Source: Balanoglossus misakiensis
Taxonomy: Eukaryota > Animalia > Hemichordata
Reading direction: 5' to 3'
Length of the DNA: 64,000 bases
Assembly: GCA_040954595.2 (NCBI GenBank)
Contig: CM082581.2
Span: 9,093,878 to 9,157,877 of the forward strand
Below the pieces are notes generated by a model. The model saw only the letters and a program-made list of their open reading frames with translations, ran no database searches and was not told where the DNA came from. Positions 14,901 to 26,474 of the stretch are shown in pieces; positions within the stretch are counted from its first letter, which is position 1; the number at the start of each line of letters is the position of its first letter. A program made the position numbers and the translations under genes.

Positions 14901-17024
14901 GCACAATTTCGCTTGCCTGCTCTGTAACCGCACCTTGTTCAATTGACTCCCCCTCATTTTATCGGTTTGTAAACAAGTACATTTTAACAGATTATCCCCG
15001 GTGGTTTTCATACAAAAAAATCTAGCCTTGTTTTGGAAAACATACATGTCGTGACATGGATCGTTATTTTGAAAATTCTGACGGAACCGGTGCCAGCAGC
15101 CGTTTTTATCACTTCGCTGGTTTCCACTCTGCTCGGGTTCGTGTTCGCCTCTTTTTCTCGCGAGGCTGACGACTACGGGAAGAGCGAGGTCCATGCTTCT
15201 GGATACCACTGACTGACGCCGCCGCACCCGATCAGAGTCTCAGCGCTGACAGCGTTCTCTGATATTCAGGTATACCTGAAAATAAAGCTCAGAATAGAAG
15301 AAGCCGTTTTCTGTGCGGCGCGGTCCATTAATATCCAACAATGGGATACGCTACACCACGGATAACATTGTGTTTGACTAAGAGAAACCCATTCGGGCGT
15401 TAATGACATAGTGTTGAAGTTTGTTCTCTCTCTCTCGCTCGCTCCTTCAAAGGGAATGGGCAACATCAAATATCCAGTTGAGTGCTGTTGCCTTTTTTAA
15501 CAATTCATTAGAGTGGGGGGAAAAATCGCTTTACACTTTGTGCTCTTTTTCTTACATTTCCTCGAGCGAAATGAGTTAGCTTTGAACTGATAAACATCTG
15601 AACGTGGTGTGGCCAATAATGCGAAAACGACCTCTTAAATAGCAGCCAAAGACTATCATCAATTAACGTCTAACTCGGTTATCCAACCCAACAATCAATT
15701 TACAAGATGCCAAAGTCTACCTCTCGGCGTGAGCAGGGGGACCTCACCACTCGCTTTGGAGGGGTGGGCAGGGGTGGGAGATGCAGGTGGTGCGACGCGC
15801 TGCGCGGAATCCTAAATCTGTTCATTAAAAAGAGGTAATCTGCGAGTTGAGATGAGTTCGCGGCGGGTGATTGTTTTATTATGTCAGAATCATAAATTCT
15901 GGAATTTGATGATCACCCATTAACAGAGAGAAAGCTCTGTCAGCCATATTTAATGGTGCTGCCCACGTGTGTTAAACGCTATGTAATAGATTACACAGGG
16001 TTGGGTCCGCATAAAAGGAAACAAATACCGGGGACTCGGGAGTCGGCCCTACCTGATAATCTCCAATTTCTGACTGGCTGAGTTGAAATATTATCTTGTG
16101 CCCGGTGAGTCCGTGCAGTAGGCAACGTCAGCTGTCGTGTACCGCACCTCATGATAAATTTGGGTCCACGGCTGGATTGCCAATAGATTGCTTTATAATG
16201 TTTGCCCCAGGTCTGGCTTCATCGTTTGCATATCTATGTTGATAGCGGAAGAGCCGATAAAGATCTATATTCGGTGACGGAGGACGCAGATAAAGACCCG
16301 CCTAATGAGTTTGCCTGTGTACAAAACATTCTGTGTGTACACATATAATTACTATTTAACACCTCGGGCCGCTCCGCCAAACACTTTGCCGGTTATTCGT
16401 CTTATGTGTCTCGCGCGAAGGCCGGAGCTTTTTTTCTTTCCTAAGGTGGTAGTGATCGAGCTATTTGTGACCGGGTTGAAATTCAAGTGTTTTGTGCCCG
16501 ACTTTGTTCCCCTGTTTAAATGTAATCTAATATCGTTTTAGACACCACCTAAGTGGCTTTCCAACACGGTCGGTCTAGAATTCAGTCATTCTAACCAAAG
16601 CCATTGTTTGTTGTTTACTTAATGGGGCCGTCCTATCATATGGACCCCTTCCAGTTTTAAGCATTTCTTATCCTAGACGCATTATGAGCCCATTACGTTG
16701 CCCGGCGATATACTTTATTTTCTTTACAAAAAGGTAAAAAAAAGAGAGCGAGAGAAACTTTCCCCGAGCCATCGGCCCTTTTAAGACAACGCTGTCTGAA
16801 TTGCAGGGAAGGCAAAGCGAAAACGACAGCTGTAAAATTCATTAATTTGGCCTAGAGGAACAAGTTCTTGTTATCAGCTACGCAACACGATGGTGTGTTA
16901 ACTCTGACTTGATTAGCTACCTTCTGCAGTACGCCAGTGAAGCAAAAAAAAAGCAGCGAGGCGTTTACCAAGGGGTTACGCCGGGGTTAGTGCTAGCATT
17001 GCATGTTTGACCTGGTCTTGTCGG

Positions 17025-17400
17025 AGTTTATAATTGGCAGTCTGCGGCCATCTATCATCCATTCTCCACTGTGTAAGGGGGTCTATTAATGGGGGTGGGA
17101 CGGCCGTAGAGTGTGTTAAGTCAATTGATTGACAATGGATAATAGAAATTAGGCACGGTAAATCACAAGGAGGGTCGTTATTGGTAATTGACCAATTGTG
17201 TGGCGCATTAAGTGGCAGCGCACGCTGTTTGAGAGACCGTACACTAGCCGATGCCACCCAATCAACGGTGAATCTGATATGACGATGGGCTGCGGAACGG
17301 GGAGATAGTCGCTATCCCCTTGTCAACAACCGATTTTAATTACCCTTATCGCGGACCCAATCAGTGTATTGATTTGTTTAGTGTGTCAAATAATTCGGGT
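17025..17400. promoter_or_regulatory. Candidate proximal cis-regulatory block of Nk7
   Basis: Dense TAAT/ATTA-type motifs 370-750 bp upstream of the ATG: TTTATAATTGG, ATTAATGG, TCAATTGATTGACAATGG, GGTAATTGACCAATTG, CATTAAGTGG (NK-type TAAGTG), TTTTAATTA, CCAATCA. Motif-level evidence only. Confidence 0.45.
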
Positions 17401-17770
17401 TGGATTGTTCAGTGTTTCTTGAGCGGTCTTTTTGTGCGTGTCAAGTGATTCAACGTAATTGAGCGTCTCCCCCAGCGAAAAAAAGGTTTGTATTGTATTT
17501 GGAAGAGGTGAGCTCACCAAACCAGGCGACGTCTCGATTTCGGAGACGATACCTCACCGAGCTGGCTGGCTGGCTGGCTGAGTGAAGATAACTTTGCGTT
17601 CTCCTCTCACCTGGAATACGCCGCAGAGACATTATTCACCTAGGAAACGCACGCACACTCAGAGACCAGGGGGAGAGTCGAGGAAAAACTGGTAGCGAAT
17701 TTGTATTCACGGCAGACCTCAGAGCGATTTGTTGTTGAGCGAGATCAGCGTGTATCTGGAACGCGTTGCA

Positions 17771-19914
17771 ATGATGGAACATAACGGACCGAAGGTCTGC
17801 CCTTCGCTGGTCGCCGTCGGAACGTGGCACCCGCACATTTACGAGCGGGCACCAAAACACCCGACCCCGTATTTCATTGCCGACATCCTGGGAGTCCAGA
17901 CGACGGGGAAATCCGTCGAGAAGCGAAATCAAGAAGACAGCAAAACCCTGTCCACGCGGTCATGCGGCGAGACTATTACCGTAACGCGCCCCGGCGGGGT
18001 GCGCTACAGCGCGCTGTCGGTGGAGAAGTTGTGCGTCAACGGGAAGGACAAGCTCCTGAGCCTCGTGGACTGTGAACGGCAGAGGGTCGGCAAGACGGAG
18101 AGCGGCGTGCAGACCGATTCGTCGACCGGCAGCGAGTCGGCGAGCGGCGACAAAGACACGGAGGAAGGCAACTCAGCTGCCACAACCGAGCAAGGTACAC
18201 GCGAGGGTTAACAGTTAATAGTGTAATAATAGGCCATTATAGGCGAATCATTACCACCCCTTTGTGTTAAACGGGTCCCAGTTATACGTTTGCATAAAGA
18301 TTTACTCTAACCCCGTCGCCATATACTGTGTACACACATTCTTAGGCCAGTGGATTACCCTTATAGAAACTGGTTTTTCACCACTTTTGAAATTCTCAAA
18401 CCCAATTTACTTTCCGCAAAGCCCACCTCTCTCACGAAAATTAAGTCAAACTTCGGCGAGCTAGACCATTGTGGCGGGTCACATGCATGTAGCACGGCGA
18501 AGCGGGAAGACACAGACAATAAAAACCCGGGTAGGGAAACATGCGTTAAGTTGCCAATATTCTATTTTACAGACAAAATGATGATTATAGCCCTCCTGAG
18601 GTAAAAAAAAAACCCACAACCGTTTGATTTTTCATTCTGCACTCCAGACAGGAGCGGGCAAGCGGACAAGGGGACGAAGCGCAAAAACTGCCAGAAATCG
18701 AACGACGCCTCAGACGACAAAGAGGGCGACCCAAAGAAAAAGAAAGCGCGCACAACATTCACCGGGCGACAGATCTTCGAACTGGAAAAACAGTTCGAAA
18801 TCAAGAAGTATCTGTCCGCCAGCGAGCGGGCTGAAATGGCAACTCTTCTAAATGTGACGGACACACAGGTGAGAGAACATATCGATTGGCCAAACATTTC
18901 CGACGCTTTCAAAGTAGGACAAGTCAATATAAGAAACTAAATAGTTGAACCGGGTACTCGAAACATAAACCGTAAACATTAAACAACAACAGTTTAAGAA
19001 ATACACGTAGACCCTTTCTGTTGAAAGTTGTATGATGTCGATCGGTTGAGTGAATTACCCGGACTTTATCAAACTCACTGTATTTTTCTCTCTCCAAAAA
19101 GGCTCAAATTATGTACTGATTGGGGCGTTCGCCTCGGGCACTTCCCGTCTAAAACGATAAGAGGTGATATATGAAAACGGGTCTCCTCTCCACCAATTAC
19201 GGTCTCAATTTCTAAATACCAGATTCAATGTCGGTCAGATGTGTCGTTTAGCTCATTATTTTATCGATTCGCGACGATTTGATTATAACAATCAGGTTTC
19301 TATATTGTGGATTTGGGATTTATTTTTACATTGTTTTGTAATTCCAACCACGTGTCGAAAAAAAATTGATCTGTACCAGTGCTTTTGAAGCCCAGGTTAC
19401 ATCAGTATTACCCTGGTACATGTATCTCCAACGTTTCTGCACTTTTTCATTCCTGAGTTCACTTCATGTTTTTGGGCGCTGTTGTTTTTCTCAGGTGAAA
19501 ATATGGTTTCAGAACCGAAGAACAAAGTGGAAAAAACAAGACGGTATTTCGAACTCCGAAGCCGCGGAGCACAAGATCGGCGGCCCGAGGCATGTTGACA
19601 CGCTGCGGCAGAGACAAGCGGAGCAGCGCAAGAACGCGGAGAACTGTCAAAACCACAGCGGCGACGGCCACTCGGGTGCCGGTGGCGTGTGCGAGTCAGA
19701 CGAGGAGGATAGGTGCAAACGAGAACAGAGCGACGCTAAGTGCAACGGCGAAGACAGATTTGACTATCACAGCGACTTTGGCGGCAGCGGCGTCAGTGGC
19801 AGCGCCAGCGACTCAGCCGAGAGCTCGGAGGCAGACGGAGGAACAACGGCAACAGTCGAAGCAGTGAAAGAGGACTCGGGACCGCGAAGCCAGGAAGAGA
19901 ACGGTCAATTGTGA
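17771..19914 (+). CDS. Nk7: NK7 (Nkx7) homeobox transcription factor, 3 exons
   Basis: Exons 17771-18194, 18648-18868 and 19495-19914 with GT-AG junctions. Homeodomain [44 protein letters not shown]|[16 protein letters not shown] followed by [25 protein letters not shown] and the post-homeodomain EAAEHK motif are characteristic of NK7. N-terminal eh1-like motif PYFIADILG. The exon-1 donor could alternatively be at 18206 (same phase). Confidence 0.92.
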
Positions 19915-22802
19915 TTACTGTGTGCGTGTGTGTCTGTAACATGGTACCCACGTCAGTATGGACGGAACCGTGAGTTCAATTTTGACCCTCTCCCCGTTTA
20001 TCATTGTCGCGTTGCATGGGTCTTTCATATCATACAAACTTGTCAAGTACTGCCATAGCTGTACAAAGGCCACGGACCTTTTTTCGATCCGACAGCTTGC
20101 AATAAACTTCACCGAACTGAACCGTTTATTTCAGAGTGTAGCTTGTAACGACTTCCAGGCGACTGAGCTCGGTGCATCAACCGATATCTTCTGGAAGGAA
20201 CATGAGTACATTTCGCGACCTCAACAGCTATTGTCCATTAACTTTAGCAGAACTTATTATAGACATATTCACGGGTTACTGTATATCAGAGCGCAGTCAG
20301 GCATGCGTAGATTGACTTTGATGCCATCTAACAGCGGACTATAAAAACCCATAATGGATAATCAGGCTCTATTGAAGTATGCCAGATTTCAAAATCGTTC
20401 ATCATAAATTCAGCGTGTAAAAATCACTGTTCGTGCCAAATTGATCATGGGAGACACGGCCCCATACATGACCTCATAAATCCTGTTCAGGAACAGCTTC
20501 AATAGAAGTCCATATTAATTAACGCAGCGTAGTTCAGCAACGGTACACTATTACAAAGTGCGCATGCAAGACTGAGTCGATTCATCATTTTCTGCGCTTT
20601 TCGTCGACGCACGCGTTTCCTCATATGTTCAGGTCGTGTCAACAACATGGTCTTACTACACCATGATGAAGTCTCTTTTGTTAGGTCAGTTTTTTTATTG
20701 TTGCATCCCGACTGTTTCCATTCTTGTTCTCTTGGAAGTAACATTAATACTAACGATAATATGACAACAATAAAGCATCTTGTTATTTGCAATATTGTAT
20801 ACGTAGAGCCTCTGAGTTCATTTCGCTGGGAATTAAGGAGTTAACAAGTCGCGTAATTATCACATGAGTCGCCATAGCGTCACCTTTTCTTGTACTGAAC
20901 ACAGGTTAGTGAAAGCTTAATCGAAACAGCTTGCATCGCCTGCTCGTATTTAATTTGCAGTGTCGAAACAGAAAAGCAATATCATCTCGACCGATTTATC
21001 CAACCAATTTAGGAGAAAAACTGCATCTTGTTTCCACGCAACTTATTCCGTGATTTTTTTTTTTGAAATACTGAGATGCATTTGATTTTCGGCCCGGCAT
21101 GGGTCCGCTTGTTTATCACGTGGGGGATGTTAATGCCCATCGTTACACGGCAGGCTGAATAGTGATTAATATATCTTATATTTATTTTTATAAAGCATTT
21201 GAAGTAACGCGGAGTGAAAGGAAGCCGAGAACTCCTTTTGTGTTGTCTCACAGTGGGAAATGCTAATAAAACCAGCGCCGCTGATGTAAAGAGTTTGTGC
21301 AGATTAAATCGTGCGTTATAGATGTAGAAATTGAATTCGCTTCCCCGCAATAAAACACCTAGCTTCAAAAAAAAGAAAGCCCTTGGTTAATATCAACCCG
21401 TACAAAGCGCTCTCCTGGTATTATAGTTTCTCAGACGTGCCCTAGCTATTAGTAAGGCCTTTGACACACGCTGGGTATGCGGCAAATTTGCGAGCTCGCC
21501 CCCTTTTCAAAGCATGTCCTCCCCCCCTCGCTTTTATATTAAAGACGTCAGGAATGGGAGACGTCGGTAATTTTTCTTGCATGATTTGGTCGATTAATGT
21601 AACCGGGGACTGATTAGGAGACGCAGAGAAGCGGCATGGGAGGAATTTCTTCACTGCACAAATTTCATGCTTTCAACGCGGCGGATTAAGCTTCGAAATG
21701 AAATTTCTTTTCATGCGACATGACTTCCTGGCGCACAAGCCTCTCCGTGCAATATCACCGATCTTGCATCTAGTGGCGACGTTTCAAAGCAAATAAGTGG
21801 TATCGCTTCTTTCAGACCCTCTAAGTCGGCAAAAGTTCAAAATCTATTAAAGTCTCTTTCGCACATCGAAAAAAAAGAAAAGGCATTACGATTTCGAGTA
21901 AAGTGCTAGGATAATTCGAGTTCACAAACAAGCTATTTGCGATGGACCGATCAAGATAGCAATGTTACATACAATAATGTATCATGGGTGCTTTGCTTGC
22001 ATTGTGTTATTTACATGTAGAATCACCGGTCTTTATTCAGCATGTTAATGTTATATCGGCAAACGGTCTGATTTTCAGGCGTCGTCTTGCACCAAACCTA
22101 TTTCTCGCTTCTGAAATCATCTCGCGTACCAGCCATTCTGTTTCGATTAAACGATACATTATCTGAATTTGTTGTGAACGGATTGTGAATGAAGTCATAA
22201 CAGTTACGCAATTTTCCACGAACCACGCTTCCAACATTAACACCGACCTTAATCTGCGACATTTAACTGGTAAAAAATGTCCTTCGCGTAATAAATCATT
22301 TGAAGTTGCAGTGACTATTAATTTAAATTTTCGGGATATGTTGGCACTCTCTGGCTAAACGCCTACAATCAGTTGCAATCGCCATGGTCATTTCGATACT
22401 CATAATACAACAAGGCATATCCCTTGTAAAAACCTCGTTTGACTATTTCAGGTCCTCTTTTGACCGTTTAAGCGTTTTTTTTTCTTTGCAGATTACAGTA
22501 ATTTGTGTTGGTGACTTGAGCAATATTTCATAGACTGTACTAGCTCTGTTCTCCTAGTAACTTAAGACGTCAATTGTGTCTAATCTCGTGCACAATTTTG
22601 TTTGCCAAAACTGAACTTTGAATGACATCCATTAACTTTGGCCTTTTAATCATACGTGTAAATATCAAACAAACCGCACATTACCACAACCCATAAAACT
22701 TCCGATATATGTATCTAAATATATATATAAAGATTGTGCACAGGTAACTGATCTTGAATTCATCCATCACCGCTCGTCATACTAATGCAATATGGCTGCG
22801 GA

Positions 22803-23262
22803 AGGCCAGGTCATCACGCATAATGCATAACCATGCAAACGAGGTCATCGCGCATCTGTGCAGTTTGGTCATAGAGAATGTTGCGATTTATTGTCGAGAC
22901 GCCGGCTTTTAAAGAAAGAAAATGCATATTAACCCACGAAATCAACGCCCAGGGACATGAAACTTTGAGTGGTTTAACTTGTTGCTGGAAATATTATTTC
23001 TTTCGGTTGTCTCGTGAGTGATGCATGTTGGGAGTGAGGGGTCAACATGTACCTGACATGCTTTCAAGACATGTTGCTAACCGTACGAACGTGGTATGCG
23101 GTGGTTTTGGTGTGAAAGTAGGGTCATACCGCGGTGGCTTACTGGTCAGGCCAGGTCATCGTGTCCCGGTGACAGGGATGTGACTACCAAAAGCCACCGT
23201 GCACACGAGTATCCCGCGTGTAAAGCCGGGTCATCGCGCATAACGGTGTAGTTCGACCATCA
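22803..23262. repeat. Dispersed degenerate repeat built on GGTCATC(G/A)CGCAT
   Basis: Copies near 22804 (ggccaggtcatcacgcat), 22842 (aggtcatcgcgcatctgtgcagtttggtcat), 23149 (ggccaggtcatcg) and 23225 (gccgggtcatcgcgcataacggtgtagttcgaccat). Confidence 0.55.
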
Positions 23263-26200
23263 GGGCATGACTCTATAACACTGGGGGGTCAACAGATAGC
23301 ATTTAACGGGCCTGAACTGAGCCGGATCATCAGGGGAGATATATTTAAGCCGGGGGTCATCATTATCATACAAGATGAATATGTTTGCTATTGTTCTATA
23401 ACGGAAAGGTGTATCTACACCGTTGTAGGCTACATAAGTCCACGGACACTTCCGGTTTCGGGTAGGCCTGTGATACATAACTTGACAAGAGGGTAGTGGT
23501 TGTAAACTATTATTCAATACCTTTACCTGGGTATACGCACTTATTGTACCGCGATTTCTGTGGGGTTTTTTGGTAAACATTAAAAAATAATTTCGGTTCT
23601 GAACATTTGAGTGTGGTCTTGAAAGACATATCAGACTCATATCAGACGTCAGATCGTTAACTAATCACAGATAGCGCTCGTGACTTGCAATTTTAGGCCA
23701 AGTAATGCAGGGCAGTCTTTTAAACGGAAGATAAGCTTTTTGAACACAACTCAGATTCCCTTCAAGTTTATTTAAATTTTGTCCGAGCGTGAACGCTACA
23801 TTTCAGCTTTCGAGTCACTGAAACTCTTGGGGTGAGCTTGCATACCTTAACGATATAAAAACTCTATTCAGCATGTGTGAGAACCGACCCGCCCAGCCGA
23901 TAAGAAGCGTTTTGGCATTAGCGCGTTCGAGATAGCGTGGCCGGCCAACTGCCCAAAAAAGCAAGCACCGTCCGTTGCGTTACTACATGTACAGACAGTT
24001 CTGCCAAACTACGGCTCTCCAGTCATAGAATGTGAGTGGTACTTTGAACGAATTATTTCTGTATTCTATCAGATTAGGAGATTGCCATGGAAACTGGGCG
24101 TTTTCCAATAACTTTTCACACCGTCGGTGCCACGTAAGTGGGTCAGAGACGTGTACCGGGGCAGAAGCGGCCCACATCCCGCGACAACCACGGTTGGTCA
24201 GCGGTATGCGGGCAACTTCAGGACAAAGTTTTCTCTGTTTTAGATTGAAACGGGCAATTGACACAGAGGACACGAAAACCAATATTTCTGCCGTTTACAC
24301 ACTTTAACTGACACATGGCTACGTGCGAAGTGTCCAAAAGTTGTATTTTATAGCGATAATTACAATCGTGGACATAAATACACGCCAAATACCAACGGTG
24401 TATAGCCGTGGCCTATGGAAACCACTCTGAATTAATCATGACATTTTGGTGAACATTTGGATTTTTTTATTCCGCGATAAAAAAAAAAGATTGACGGGAA
24501 CACAAAAGGGCAGAAGTGGGGTGATTTTGAAGGCACCAAGCTGTCGGAAATAGAAATACACTATCAGCAATATGAAGTCCAAGGGACTTCCAAAGGACTC
24601 GGACCACACCTAGACTGTCATGCATGTGGGCCTACCTGTCAATTAAACACCTGTATTCCGTGTCTCGCCTACCACTTGACCACTTGATATCAAACTACCG
24701 GTGGCCAGTGACCGCCATTAAACCAACTGCAAAACATTACATTTTCGCCTCTGACTTTTGGCCATTATGGCTTTTATGCATGGTTGCGCACTCGGAACGT
24801 ACTGTGGGTTGACCGGGTAGGTGGTTGGGAAAGTTATTTTTACGAAATTCAAAATTCGCTCACATCCCATATTACATTTGAATTTCATATTTTGTTTTCT
24901 TTCCAAAGCGAAAGGCTATTAGGGCATGTGGCAAAGGTGTACGGTTTGCGGGTAAACCCGCAATGACTGTCGGTCCAAATTAATCTGTTTCGTGCAGAAC
25001 GGCTCATTATTTTGATTTACCGTCCTCTTAAACTCCGACGTTTTTCTCATTTCACTGACTTACAGCCTCCCAGACAACGGTTTGAGATTAAATTTGCTTC
25101 AATGAATATTTAATTTTCAGACACACACTTCACTGGCCCCCACCCGCCCTCAGCTTCTCGCCGTAAATTCGACGCGATGTAAATTCGTCGTGTTTTTTTG
25201 TTGGTGGTGGTATTTGTTTATCTTTATTTCTGTAAACTGCCGGTTTCTGTTTTTTCGTTTCAAATCCTCCGCGACTTCCCATCCACGGGTCACCTGTGAC
25301 AATGTGCATGCAAGTCGACTAGACGGTCTGTATTTGCACTTGAGTCGACACAGTAACCCATGTCCACGCCCTTTTTGCCCGTCCTTGTGTCCGTATACTG
25401 TATGTCGTATTCAATAGTTTCCCCGACAAGTTTAGGGGGTTTTACCGTTTGTCTCAGACACACACCCGCTTTTTTTCAGTTCGTCGTACACAGAAATCTT
25501 ATCGGCCTCGTCAGATGTCAGCCCTTTGATTGTTCTGTCACGCCACTTTATTTTATGTTGTCTCTGCACTGTTTCTCTCCCGCACACGCGCACAACAGTA
25601 CAATCACGGCTGTTTGTACGCCTGCGCAAGTTTTGATGGTATTAAAGCAAAACTTCCATGATCTGTGTGTGCGTATAGTTGTTCATCTTGAACTAGCTAT
25701 CAGTACTCATTAGGTTAAAGTGTAAATTATTCTCCCGATACCATCTGAGCCTAGAATTCGTTTAAAGTTTGCTATCTTAATGTCCTCCGAACTTTCGTGA
25801 TAATATGTCAGCTTCGTTTATTCGAGTATTTATGGCGGCCCATTACACGATAGGAGAGCGACGTTTAAAACCCATAACGACAGATTCGCTTTGTGTCAAT
25901 GTAATTGAAAGCGATGATTTTATGAGCCCGCCAATAAGTTTAGCACCAGAAATATTGCCGTGTCTGGGGCAGCGCATAAATACGGTGTCGTTCAATCAGT
26001 TTTCCCTGCTCTCCGATTCGTCACAGTCCGATAGTCGAGAACCAGCGTGACATTAAAGAGCTGAGATGTTATTTTTTTTCTCGGTCTACCGTTGGAGTGA
26101 AACAGTAGAATGCAAATGCGTGGGGTTTTCTTGCGCTGAGTGCGGAGTCTGAATAGGTATGGAAAACCATTTACATAAGAAGCGAGCTGATTTACTCGGA

Positions 26201-26347
26201 AAGTGGACGCTACTTCACAATAGGCGGTAGTTTTATTCATTCTGGTCATAGTTACCGGTGATCATGTGCCGGTGATGAAATATATGAAACATCATACAAG
26301 AGCAACTGTTATTGTTTTTTTGTCGCAAGACAAAGGAATTTAGTAAT

Positions 26348-26474
26348 GAGGGATGGAGAGAGAGAGAGAACGAGAGAGAAGGGATGGAGTGAGGAAAGGA
26401 GGAGGGAGGGAGGGGAGAGAGAGGGGGAGGGGAGAGAGAAACAGAGAGAAGGGAAGAGACAGGAAAAAGAGAGG
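26348..26474 (+). repeat. Polypurine (GA/GGA-rich) low-complexity tract
   Basis: About 125 bp almost entirely A/G on the + strand. Confidence 0.85.

Noticed and set aside
14892-15270. GC-richer patch with a 111-aa minus ORF and a hydrophobic plus-strand frame after an AG at 14990
   Set aside because: No partner exons or known motif; probably chance or non-coding.
23260-23640. Possible hammerhead ribozyme (CTGATGA on the minus strand near 23330) or MITE end
   Set aside because: No correctly placed GAAA or stem II, and no matching terminal inverted repeat found.
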